A DNA stretch of 64,000 bases from Candidatus Krumholzibacteriia bacterium (GCA_050174015.1 JBFXKG010000002.1:160001-224000); one strand, 5' to 3'; positions 47,911-57,148 are shown, counted from the first letter of the stretch. The notes: generated from the letters alone by a model not told the origin. Translations and numbers: made by a program.

Positions 47911-50427
47911 ATGTTCACCAGCAGGGGATTCCGCCCGCCCCATGCGGTTTTCGTCCTCTTATCCCTCGTCGTCCTCATGGCCCCGGGTTGCAGCAGGGAG
48001 TCCCGGCCCGAGGTCTGGATCATCGGCCTGGACGCCGCCGACTGGGATCTCATCGGCCCCCTCATGGACCAGGGCCGCCTGCCCCATCTGGCTTCCCTGC
48101 GGGACGGCGGCGCTCACGGCATCCTGCTGAGCGACGAACCCATGCTTTCTCCCGTGGTCTGGAACAGCATCGCCACCGGCAAGACCGCCGACCAGCACGG
48201 CGTCACCTGGTTCATGACCGACGCCCCGGACGGGAGCAAGGTCCCGGTCGGGACGGCCGACCGGAAGGTCCGCGCCCTGTGGAACATCGCCTCGGAAGCC
48301 GGCCTCACCAGCGGGATCGTCGGCTGGTGGGCGACCTGGCCGGCCGAACCGGTCGCCGGCTTCATGGTCAGCGACGACGTGGGCTGGCATGGGTTCGGGA
48401 TCACCGGCAGCGGCGCCCATGACGCCGGAAAGACCCATCCATCCGAACTGATGGCCGACGTGATGAGGCTGCTGCCCGGCGAGGAGGGGATCGCGCCGGA
48501 GGCGCTGGCCCCCCTGATCGATCTTCCCCTGGAGGAGCTCGCCGGGACCGGTCCGGACAGCACGGCCGCCAAGATCCTGACCAACCTGCGCCAGGCCATG
48601 AGCACGACCATGGCCTACACCGACCTGGTGATCGAGCGGCTGGACGAGGAACGGCCCGACCTGCTGGCCGTCTACTACGAGGGCACCGACACCGTGGCCC
48701 ATCTGTGCGGACGTTTCATGCCGCCCAGGCTGCCCTGGGTCCCGGACCTTGACTTCGCCCGCTATCGGGACGCCGTCTTCGCCTACTGGGAGTGGCAGGA
48801 TGCCCAGCTGGGCAAGCTGCTGGAGAAGCGCGGGCCGCAGACCCTGGTGGTCGTGGTCAGCGACCACGGCTTCCGGCTCGGACCCGAGCGCCGGCGCGAG
48901 GACGAATTCTCCATCGAGACCGCGGACGCCGACCACATGCCCGACGGGGTGGTCATCATCGACGGTCCAGGGGTGGTTCCCGGGGCGAGGATCACCGGTG
49001 CCGACGTGTACGACGTGGCCCCCACGGTGCTTTACGCCCTGGGGCTGCCGGTGGCGGAGGACATGCACGGCCGGGTGCTCACGGACGCCTTCGCGCCCGC
49101 CCGGCTGGACGAGTTTCCGGTCGCCCTCGTGCCGACCTACGAGACCAGTCCCCTGGTCAGGGACGCGGCGCCCCAGCGGGACCTCGAGGCGGTCGCCGGG
49201 CGGGAGAAGATGTTGCGGTCGCTGGGATACCTGTCGGGAGGCCCCACCCGGGACGTTCCTCCTGCGGCCGAGGGCATGTCCCTCGAACAGACGGTCAACC
49301 TGGCGACGGTGCTGATGCATCAGGACAAGGCCTCCGATGCCGCGGTCCTCCTGGAGCGGGCGCGCGAAGCCGCCCCGGACAATTTCGAGGTCAACCTGAA
49401 CCTGGCCCAGGCCCTGGCCCGCTCGGGTCGGGAGGAGGAGGCGGCCGCCCTTTACCGGCGCCTGCTCGTCTCCCATCCGGAATCCATCGCGGCGTGGGAG
49501 GACGCAGCCACCCTCGCGGAGGTCCGCCAGGACTGGGGGGAGGCGGTCCGGATCTACCGGGAAGGGATCGAGGTCCATCCGGGCTGGCTGGACGGGCGGT
49601 CCCGCCTGGGCAGGGCCCTGCTGCTCCAGGGCGATCCCCGTGAGGCGGAGGCCATCCTGCTGGGGGTCCTCGCCGAGGATCCCAGGCACCCGCGCGCCCA
49701 CCTGTTCCTGGGCGAGATCCAGGCCCGGCAGGGCCAGGATTCCCGGGCCCTCGAATCCTGGACGACGGCCCACTCCATCGAACCGGCGGACCCCGGGACC
49801 GCGGTCCTCCTGGCCGGTCTGTACGAGAAACAGGGGCGCCTGGACAAGGCTCTGGAGGTCCTGGGCCGGACCCGGGATCTGGGCGGCCGGGGGCAGGGGC
49901 TTCTCGCCAGGCTCGGCGGAGTCATGCTGAAGGCGGGCATGGTCCAGGAGGCCCTGGCGATCCTGCAGGAGGCGGTCGGGGAGGATCCCGAGGCGGTGGA
50001 CGCCATCGGCAACCTGGGGATGGCTTGCGCCTTGTCCGGCGACCTGCCGGGCGCGGTGGCCCGGTTCTCCCGCCTGGTCGAGCTGGATCCCGACGACGCC
50101 GCCGCCTTCGATCAGCTGGGCTCCTTCTATGCCGGCATGGGCCGGCTCCGGGAGGCGCAGGAGGCCCTGGAACGGGCGGCGGACCTGGATCCCGCCAACG
50201 CCGGCACCCAGCTGCGCCTGGGCCTGGCGCTGCACCGCGACGGCAAGCTCGGCCGGGCTGCGGCGGCCTACCGTCGGGCCATCGAACTGGACCCCGGCCA
50301 GGCGACGGCCTACTACAACCTCGGAATGATCGAGCGCAAGCTGGGGCACGCGGCCCGGGCGCAGGAATTCATCGACAAGGCCCTGCGCCTGGATCCCGAC
50401 CTTTCACGGACCCAGGGGGAGCCCTGA
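47911..50427 (+). CDS. Lipoprotein: alkaline-phosphatase-superfamily (phosphodiesterase) domain plus C-terminal TPR array
   Basis: Lipobox APGC; IGLDAADW, SP.VWNSIATGK, SDHGF, DVAPTVL and LRSLGY; then many TPR repeats. Confidence 0.85.
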   Translation: MFTSRGFRPPHAVFVLLSLVVLMAPGCSRESRPEVWIIGLDAADWDLIGPLMDQGRLPHLASLRDGGAHGILLSDEPMLSPVVWNSIATGKTADQHGVTWFMTDAPDGSKVPVGTADRKVRALWNIASEAGLTSGIVGWWATWPAEPVAGFMVSDDVGWHGFGITGSGAHDAGKTHPSELMADVMRLLPGEEGIAPEALAPLIDLPLEELAGTGPDSTAAKILTNLRQAMSTTMAYTDLVIERLDEERPDLLAVYYEGTDTVAHLCGRFMPPRLPWVPDLDFARYRDAVFAYWEWQDAQLGKLLEKRGPQTLVVVVSDHGFRLGPERRREDEFSIETADADHMPDGVVIIDGPGVVPGARITGADVYDVAPTVLYALGLPVAEDMHGRVLTDAFAPARLDEFPVALVPTYETSPLVRDAAPQRDLEAVAGREKMLRSLGYLSGGPTRDVPPAAEGMSLEQTVNLATVLMHQDKASDAAVLLERAREAAPDNFEVNLNLAQALARSGREEEAAALYRRLLVSHPESIAAWEDAATLAEVRQDWGEAVRIYREGIEVHPGWLDGRSRLGRALLLQGDPREAEAILLGVLAEDPRHPRAHLFLGEIQARQGQDSRALESWTTAHSIEPADPGTAVLLAGLYEKQGRLDKALEVLGRTRDLGGRGQGLLARLGGVMLKAGMVQEALAILQEAVGEDPEAVDAIGNLGMACALSGDLPGAVARFSRLVELDPDDAAAFDQLGSFYAGMGRLREAQEALERAADLDPANAGTQLRLGLALHRDGKLGRAAAAYRRAIELDPGQATAYYNLGMIERKLGHAARAQEFIDKALRLDPDLSRTQGEP

Positions 50428-50632
50428 GCCGCTCGGGGCGAACCACGGACCAGGTCAGTGGAAGAGGGGATTCGAAATGGCGGGCCAGGGATCCCGTTTC
50501 TTCATGATTTCACGATAATTTTGTAACAACAAAATTTCCTTGATGCAAAATATATTCTTCCGCTAGGATATTCCATCCTCGCATGACGGGGTCTCGCCTC
50601 CACCCAATCACCCATTAGGGAGGACCGTCCAG

Positions 50633-51775
50633 ATGAAACGCCAATCCATCACCCGCCTCGCATCCCTGCTGATCCTCGCGCTGGCGCTTGCGGGCCTGTT
50701 CATGTTCCAGGGTTGTTCGGATTCCGAGGTTTCGCCGGTCTCGCCGGCCTCGCGGGAAACCGACGGCCTCGTGCGGGAATTCGGCGCCCTCAATCCCCGC
50801 CTCCGTGAAGTGATGACCATCCAGGAAAGCTACACCCCGTCCCTGATGTCCTCGCCCGAGGTCATCGGCACCGCCACCACCTTCACCGAGGACGGCGAGC
50901 CCGCCGTTCTGATCCTGGTCACCTCCGAGAAGGCGGTCACCCGGATGCCGGCGAACCTCGACGGCGCCCGGGTGGAGATCCTCCTGACCGATCCCATCGT
51001 GGCCATGAAGGGCAAGCCCGGCGGCGGTGGGGGGGGCGGTGGCGTGAGCCACACGGCCATCCAGACGCCGCCCATCCAACTGGGCTGCTCCGGCGGCTGG
51101 CGCCATGACCTGGCCAACGGCTACTGCTGCGGCGGCACCCTGGGTTCGCTGATCCAGGTCGGCGGCCAGATGCGGATCCTCAGCAACTACCACGTGTTCG
51201 AGGCCGACATCGTCAACGGCGGCAACGGCCGCAGCGCCTCCACGGGCGACCCCATCATCCAGCCCGCCCTGATCGACATCGGCTGCAACGCAGCCAGCGG
51301 TCAGGACGTCGCGACCCTGGTCGTCTCCCGCGCGCTGCCCAACTCCAACGTGGACGCCTCCACCGCCAACATCATCAGCGGAATGGTCGATCCCAGCGGG
51401 GCGATCCTGGAAATCGGGACCCTTTCCTCCCAGACCGCGGGCGCCTTCATCGGCCAGGCGGTCAAGAAGAGCGGCCGGACCACGGGTCTGACCCGCAGCT
51501 CGATCAGCGGCCTGAACGCGACCATCAGCGTGGCTTACGAGAACGAGTGCGCAGGCGGGTCCGCCTTCACCAAGACCTTCACCGGCCAGATCGTCATCAA
51601 GAACAAGGCCAGCAAGTTCCTGGCCGGCGGCGATTCCGGCTCCCTGATGGTCGAGGACGTGACCACGAACCCCCGTGCGGTCGGTCTGCTGTTCGCCGGT
51701 TCGAGCACGACGGCCATCGCCAACCCCATCGACGAGGTGCTGAACCACTTCAACGCCACGATGGTGGGCAACTGA
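50633..51775 (+). CDS. Lipoprotein trypsin-like (NAL1-type) serine protease with N-terminal pro-like domain
   Basis: Lipobox FQGC; GTLG, LSNYHV (His), VDA (Asp), KSGRTTG.T, GDSGS (Ser) and VGLLFAG. A Gly-rich linker separates the domains. Confidence 0.82.
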   Translation: MKRQSITRLASLLILALALAGLFMFQGCSDSEVSPVSPASRETDGLVREFGALNPRLREVMTIQESYTPSLMSSPEVIGTATTFTEDGEPAVLILVTSEKAVTRMPANLDGARVEILLTDPIVAMKGKPGGGGGGGGVSHTAIQTPPIQLGCSGGWRHDLANGYCCGGTLGSLIQVGGQMRILSNYHVFEADIVNGGNGRSASTGDPIIQPALIDIGCNAASGQDVATLVVSRALPNSNVDASTANIISGMVDPSGAILEIGTLSSQTAGAFIGQAVKKSGRTTGLTRSSISGLNATISVAYENECAGGSAFTKTFTGQIVIKNKASKFLAGGDSGSLMVEDVTTNPRAVGLLFAGSSTTAIANPIDEVLNHFNATMVGN

Positions 51776-51808
51776 GACCTTCCCCGGGATGGTTCTCGAG
51801 GTATGATG

Positions 51809-51836
51809 ACGGCCGGCGCCCATGGGCGCCGGCCGT
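51809..51836. repeat. Perfect 28-bp palindrome in intergenic region
   Basis: acggccggcgcccatgggcgccggccgt equals its reverse complement. Confidence 0.9.
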
Positions 51837-51870
51837 TCCCTTGGCGAAAGAGGGCGAGGGGAAGCGAAGG

Positions 51871-52197
51871 ATGAAGAGAAGACACTTTGCAGAGGCGTTG
51901 ATCATCCTGATGCTGGCCGCCGGCCAGGCCGCCGGCCCGGGATGCAGCGACCAGGAGGCCGGGACCATGGAAGACCGGACCATCGCCGAGGTCATCCGGG
52001 ACCGTGCGGCCGAACTGATGGCGATCCCGGGAGTGACCGGAGTGGCCGAGGGCCGTACCGCAGACGACCGGGTCTGTCTGGTGATCTACGTCCACACCCT
52101 GACCCCGGCCCTGGAGCGGAACCTGCCCCGCCAGGTCTCGGGATTTCCGGTCGTGGTCGAGGAGAGCGGCGAGATCAGACCCCTGGGAAAGGGCTGA
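51871..52197 (+). CDS. Small probable lipoprotein resembling the N-terminal domain of the upstream protease
   Basis: Signal peptide ending ..PGC; ELMAIPGVTGVA...VIYV...LP..V.GFPV.V..SG.IRPL. Confidence 0.75.
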   Translation: MKRRHFAEALIILMLAAGQAAGPGCSDQEAGTMEDRTIAEVIRDRAAELMAIPGVTGVAEGRTADDRVCLVIYVHTLTPALERNLPRQVSGFPVVVEESGEIRPLGKG

Positions 52198-52199
52198 CC

Positions 52200-53723
52200 T
52201 CACCAGGCCAGGCTGTGTCTGCCGAAGAACGAATGCAGTTGCCCGCGGGCCACGTCGTTGATGCGGTTGGACCACAGTCCCGCCGGATTGCGATCGTCGG
52301 TCAGGATGGGACCGGTGCCGGCGGGGGCGAACCGGTTGTCCCAGGCATGGACGAGGTGGTATTGCCCGGTCCAGCGCGAGTCAGGCGGGGCGGGGTCCTC
52401 GGCGAGCGCGAGATCCTGGTCGCTCGCCAGCAGGATGAGGTTGCCGAGACGGTCGGGCGGCTCGGCGATGGGCAGGATGAGGACATCGTTGAAACGTTCG
52501 GCCAGGGTGGTGGCCACCGCTTCGGCCAAAGGATCCCGCCAGCCAAGGGTCTCGAGGTTCATGGCCAGCAGTCCGCCGGGAACCAGGCGCGACCGGATCA
52601 GTCCGAAGACCTCCCTGGTGACCAGGTGGAAGGGCACCGAACTGCTGCCGAAGGCGTCCAGCACGATCAGGTCGTAGGTGAACTCCGCCGTCTCCCTCAG
52701 GAAGCGCCTGCCGTCGGCCTGGTGGACGGTCGCCTCGGCATCCTGGAGGTGGAAGAACTCCCGGGCCAGATCGACCACCACGGGGTCGATCTCCACCGCG
52801 TCCACCCTCCAGCCCGCCAGGGCGTAGGACTTGGCCACCGATCCTGCACCCAGGCCCACCAGCAGCATCCGGCCCGGCTCGGGCCGCAAAAGCTTGCCGA
52901 TCTCCAGCACGTCGGCGTAGGGGTAGGTCGACCGCCAGGTGAGGGGGTCGGCGATGGAGTGGGTGGCGCCGTCGATGAGCATGTACCGCAGACCCTGCCT
53001 GTCCAGGACCCGGATCTCCCCGTAGGCGCTCTGCCGGAGGGCCAGCAGGCCGCGGGAAGGTTCGGCGGTTTCGCGAGGGACCCATCCCTGGATCAACGGC
53101 AGGCCGATCGCCAGCGCCAGGGCGGCGCCCAGCACTCGCCGGGATTTCCGGTGGAGCATCAGGCCGAGCAGCGCGGTCATCAGCAGGACGGCGCCGGTCA
53201 GGACCAGGATCCGCCGCACGCCCAGCCCGGGAACCAGGAAGAAACCGGTGCCGATGGCGGCCACGACGCTGGCCAGGGTGGAGACGGCGTAGAGGTTGCC
53301 GGCGGTGCGGCCGACGCGGTCGAGGGATTCGGCCTTGAGACGGAGCGCAAAGGGTGTGGCCATCCCGAGCACCAGGAGGGGCGGGAAGAACAGGATGGCG
53401 GCCCCGGACAGGGCGGCGGTCTTCAGGCCCAGGGGTTCGAGCAGGTCGAGGACCGGCCGGACCGCGAAGGGCAGGGCCAGGACGAAGAGGCCGGCCAGAA
53501 GGTAGAATATGCTGAACCGCCCGAGATCGGCCTTGCGGTCGGCCAGGTGGCCTCCCAGCGCGTAGCCGAGGCTGAGGGCGGCGAGGGTCACCCCGATCAG
53601 CGCCGACCAGAGATAGATGCTGACGCCGTAGTAGGGCCCCAGGACCCGCGTGCCCAGGATCTCCAGGATCAGGACCGAGGCGCCGCTGACGATGACCGCG
53701 AGATAGAGGAATGCCGATACCAT
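52200..53723 (-). CDS. Fused membrane domain / spermidine synthase-like SAM-binding protein
   Basis: About 7 N-terminal TM helices (LEILGTR.L.PYYG.S), then VGLGAG, VEIDP.VV, DGRRFL, DAF and PFHL.T.E. Confidence 0.88.
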   Translation of the reverse strand: MVSAFLYLAVIVSGASVLILEILGTRVLGPYYGVSIYLWSALIGVTLAALSLGYALGGHLADRKADLGRFSIFYLLAGLFVLALPFAVRPVLDLLEPLGLKTAALSGAAILFFPPLLVLGMATPFALRLKAESLDRVGRTAGNLYAVSTLASVVAAIGTGFFLVPGLGVRRILVLTGAVLLMTALLGLMLHRKSRRVLGAALALAIGLPLIQGWVPRETAEPSRGLLALRQSAYGEIRVLDRQGLRYMLIDGATHSIADPLTWRSTYPYADVLEIGKLLRPEPGRMLLVGLGAGSVAKSYALAGWRVDAVEIDPVVVDLAREFFHLQDAEATVHQADGRRFLRETAEFTYDLIVLDAFGSSSVPFHLVTREVFGLIRSRLVPGGLLAMNLETLGWRDPLAEAVATTLAERFNDVLILPIAEPPDRLGNLILLASDQDLALAEDPAPPDSRWTGQYHLVHAWDNRFAPAGTGPILTDDRNPAGLWSNRINDVARGQLHSFFGRHSLAW

Positions 53724-53792
53724 GGACGATGACCCCGTGGCTGCGAGTAAAACCCCAGCGAATCTATCGGGTTCATCCTACCACGAGATCGC

Positions 53793-54140
53793 TCAGGCGA
53801 GAACCTCGTCGTAGACGTCCTCGTTGAATCCGACCAGCAGGACCTTCCCGGCACGCAGCGAGGGGGCCCGCAGGTTGCCGGTGGAGCCCAGCAGGTGGGC
53901 CATGAGTTCGTCGTCGGACGGCTTGTCTTTCGCCAGGTCGAGGTCGGTGACCTTCTTGCCCTTCATGACGATGATCCGGTCGGCCGTCCGGGCCAGCTCC
54001 CGGGCCTTGTCCGCCCCGTACTTCAGGCGGGCGTTCTCTTCCAGTGCGACCGCGATGCCGTGTTCCGCAAGGTACCCCTGCGCCCTTCCCGCGCTCGTTC
54101 ACCCGTTGCGGTGGTAGTACCAGTCGATGCGCTTGGCCAT
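53793..54140 (-). CDS. ArsC/Spx-like thioredoxin-fold protein, candidate selenoprotein (in-frame TGA at codon 14; 115 aa)
   Basis: GAGGAGG RBS, then MAKRIDWYYHRNG-TGA-TSAGRAQGYLAEHGI...LLGSTGNLRAPSLRAGKVLLVGFNEDVYDEVLA-stop. Not in the ORF track. Confidence 0.8.
54066..54082 (-). other. Candidate bacterial SECIS hairpin
   Basis: CGCAGGG-GUA-CCUUGCG: 7-bp stem with one G-U pair. The loop starts 24 nt after the UGA and begins with GU. Confidence 0.6.
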
Positions 54141-54162
54141 GAAGTTCCTCCTCGTCGGGGCG

Positions 54163-55086
54163 TCACCAGGGAATGGCGAGGTTGAGTGCCTTCAGCTTGG
54201 TTTCGCACTCCTGCCGCTCGCGGTTGCGCGCGTAGCCGCCTTGCCGGGCAGGTTTGAGCCAGCCGGCGTCCCGGGCCACGGCCAGGGCGCGTGCCGGGTC
54301 GCCGGCTCCCAGGGCGGCCAGGATGCCCGTCTCGATGCGGGAGAAACAGGAAGCACCCAGCCTGTAGTCCTCGAAGGCCTCCCAGACGAGCGGGACCCAG
54401 CGGGCCACGATGTCCCGTCCGATCACGTCGGCGTACTCGCGGATCTCGAGCTGGGCGTGGGGATCCATGCGCAGGGCCAGGAAGTGGAGCAGGTTGTGCA
54501 GGTCGATCTTCCAGTAGGCCTCGGTGTAGGTGCACAGCGGCAGGTCCTTGCGGGCCTGCTCCCTGGCCACACCGGCTTCAAGGCGCCCGTCGTACACGGC
54601 CCGGGCCCGGTCCTGGAGCTCCGCCTCCTCGGCGGAGAGCCTGGCGCCGAGGTCGGCGGGGGCGAACCCGTCGCTGCCCTGCTTGTTGTTCTCGGCCTGG
54701 ATGCGCCACCGGTCGGGGGCGGTCCGCTGGGCGGCGTCGATGGCCACCGAGTAGCGCGTGCTCGTCTCGTTCACCGAGGCGGTGCGGTGCCTGATCCACT
54801 GCCGCCAGGCGTCCATGGGCACCCTGACGTGGAGCTTCAGCTCGCACATCTCGAACGGAGTGGTGTGGCGGTGCCGCAGCAGGTAGCGGATGAGACCCCG
54901 GTCGTCGGAGACGGCCTTGGTCCCCTGGCCGTAGCTGACGCGGGCGGCCTGGACCACCGCGGCGTCGTCGCCCATGTAGTCCACGACGCGGACCAGACCG
55001 TCGTCCAGGACCTTGAAGGGGCGGCCCAGGACGGCGTCGAGCTCCGGAACGCCGGGACGGGGTATTCTTTCGGGACGCGGGTCCAT
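54163..55086 (-). CDS. thyX: FAD-dependent thymidylate synthase
   Basis: QAARVSY, HTTPFEM, RQWIRHRTASVNETSTRY (ThyX motif), REQAR..LP and HAQLEIR. Confidence 0.95.
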   Translation of the reverse strand: MDPRPERIPRPGVPELDAVLGRPFKVLDDGLVRVVDYMGDDAAVVQAARVSYGQGTKAVSDDRGLIRYLLRHRHTTPFEMCELKLHVRVPMDAWRQWIRHRTASVNETSTRYSVAIDAAQRTAPDRWRIQAENNKQGSDGFAPADLGARLSAEEAELQDRARAVYDGRLEAGVAREQARKDLPLCTYTEAYWKIDLHNLLHFLALRMDPHAQLEIREYADVIGRDIVARWVPLVWEAFEDYRLGASCFSRIETGILAALGAGDPARALAVARDAGWLKPARQGGYARNRERQECETKLKALNLAIPW

Positions 55087-55102
55087 GCGATCTCCGTGTT
55101 GG

Positions 55103-57148
55103 TCAGTCGAAGGCCTTGCCGATGGCTCGGGCCACCAGCTGCGGGTCGGCGTGCTGCGGCAGGGTCACCTGCAGGTGGGGCTCTTCCTGCATGGCCTGCC
55201 GGATGGCGAATTCGGCGCCCGGATTGCGGGCCCAGGCCCGGCGGGCGATCCCGTTGTTGACGTCCCAGTGCAGCATCATGTGCAGGCGCCGGTCCGCGTC
55301 GGCCGAACCGTCGAGGACCATGCCGAACCCCCCGTTGACGACCTCGCCCCAGCCCACGCCGCCGCCGTTGTGGATGCTGATCCAGGTGGCGCCGCGGAAG
55401 CCGTCGCCGATGACGTTCTGGATGGCCATGTCGGCGCAGAACATCGAACCGTCGGTGATGTTGCTGGTCTCGCGGAAGGGGCTGTCGGTGCCGGAGACGT
55501 CGTGGTGGTCGCGGCCCAGCACGACCGGCGCGGTGATCTCGCCGCTTTCGATGGCGGCGTTGAAGGCGGCGGCGATGGCCCGCCTGCCCTCGGCGTCGCT
55601 GTAGAGGATGCGGGCCTGGCTGCCGACCACCATCCGGTTCGGTCCCGCCTGCCGGATCCACCGCAGGTTGTCCAGGTACTGCCGACGGATCTCTGGGGGC
55701 GCCGCGGCGGCCAGCTTCTCGATGACGTCCCCGGCGATGCGGTCGGTGGTCTCGAGGTCGCGGGGGTCGCCGCTGGTGCAGACCCAGCGGAAGGGGCCGA
55801 ACCCGAAGTCGAAGCACAGGGGGCCCATGATGTCCTCGACGTAGCTGGGATAGGTGAAGCGGCCGTCGGGCTTGCGGATGTCCGCGCCGGCCCGGCTGCA
55901 TTCCAGCAGGAAGGCGTTCCCGTAGTCCCAGAACCTGGTGCCGCGTTGGATGCAGCGCTCGACGGCGGCGAGGTGGCGCAGCAGGGAGGTCTGGACGCGG
56001 GCCTTGAAGGCCGCCGGGTCGGCCGCCATCATCGCGTTGGCTTCCTCGTAGGTCATCCCGGCGGGATAGTACCCGCCGGTGTAGGGGATGTGCAGGCTGG
56101 TCTGGTCGCTGCCCAGCTCGACGGCGACGTTGCTTGCCGCCAGGGCCTCCCACAGGTCCACGACGTTGCCCTGGTAGGCAAGGGCGACGGCCTCCTTGTC
56201 CGCCTTGGCCTTGCGGATGCGGTCCAGCAGGCCGGGCAATCGGGTGTGGACCTCGTCGACCCAGCCCTGCTCGTGCCGCTTCCTGACGGCCGCAGGATTG
56301 ATCTCGGCGAGCACCCCGACGCAGCCCGCGATCACCGCGGCCTTGCCCTGGGCCCCGCTCATGCCGCCCAGGCCGCTGCTCACGTAGAGCTTGCCGGCCA
56401 GGGGATTGCCGCCGCCGGCATCTTCGCCCAGGTACAGCCGGCCCGCGCCCAGGATGGTGATGGTCGTCCCGTGCACGATGCCTTGGGGACCGATGTACAT
56501 GTAGCTTCCTGCGGTCATCTGGCCGTAGCTGGTCACGCCCAGGGCCGCCATCCGCAGGTAGTCGTCCCCGCTGCTGTAATTGGGGATCACCATGCCGTTG
56601 CTGACCACGACCCGCGGGGCGTCCCTGTGGGAGGGGAACAGCCCCAGGGGATGGCCCGAATACACGACCAGCGTTTGTTCATCGGTCATCTCGGCGAGGT
56701 ACCGCATGGTCAGGAGATACTGGGCCCAGTTCTGGAAGACGGTGCCGTTGCCCCCGTAGGTGATCAGTTCGTAGGGGTGCTGGGCCACGGCCGGATCCAG
56801 GTTGTTCTGGATCATGAGCATGATGGCGGCGGCCTGGGGAGTGCGGGCGGGGTAATAGTCCAGGGGCCGGGCGTGCATGGGATACGCGGGACGGTACCGG
56901 AACATGTAGATCCGGCCCCACTCGGCCAGCTCGGCGGCGAATTCCGGGGCCAGCAGGCCGTGGTGTTCGGTCGGGAAGTAGCGCAGGGCGTTGGCCAGGG
57001 CCAGCTCCATCTCCCGGCGGCTGAGGATCACAGGCCGCCGGGGCGCCCGGCTGACGGCGGGGTCGCAGGCCGGGGGTTCGGGGAGGGAGGCGGGGATTCC
57101 CGCCTGCACCATCTGCTGGAACTGGGCGATACCGACGTCGGTGCTCAC
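55103..57148 (-). CDS. hutU: Urocanate hydratase (long form)
   Basis: GQMTAGSYMYIGPQGIVHGT, SGLGGMSGAQ, SDQTS.H, GPFRWVC, GRDHHDVSG and HNGGGVG. Confidence 0.95.
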   Translation of the reverse strand: MSTDVGIAQFQQMVQAGIPASLPEPPACDPAVSRAPRRPVILSRREMELALANALRYFPTEHHGLLAPEFAAELAEWGRIYMFRYRPAYPMHARPLDYYPARTPQAAAIMLMIQNNLDPAVAQHPYELITYGGNGTVFQNWAQYLLTMRYLAEMTDEQTLVVYSGHPLGLFPSHRDAPRVVVSNGMVIPNYSSGDDYLRMAALGVTSYGQMTAGSYMYIGPQGIVHGTTITILGAGRLYLGEDAGGGNPLAGKLYVSSGLGGMSGAQGKAAVIAGCVGVLAEINPAAVRKRHEQGWVDEVHTRLPGLLDRIRKAKADKEAVALAYQGNVVDLWEALAASNVAVELGSDQTSLHIPYTGGYYPAGMTYEEANAMMAADPAAFKARVQTSLLRHLAAVERCIQRGTRFWDYGNAFLLECSRAGADIRKPDGRFTYPSYVEDIMGPLCFDFGFGPFRWVCTSGDPRDLETTDRIAGDVIEKLAAAAPPEIRRQYLDNLRWIRQAGPNRMVVGSQARILYSDAEGRRAIAAAFNAAIESGEITAPVVLGRDHHDVSGTDSPFRETSNITDGSMFCADMAIQNVIGDGFRGATWISIHNGGGVGWGEVVNGGFGMVLDGSADADRRLHMMLHWDVNNGIARRAWARNPGAEFAIRQAMQEEPHLQVTLPQHADPQLVARAIGKAFD

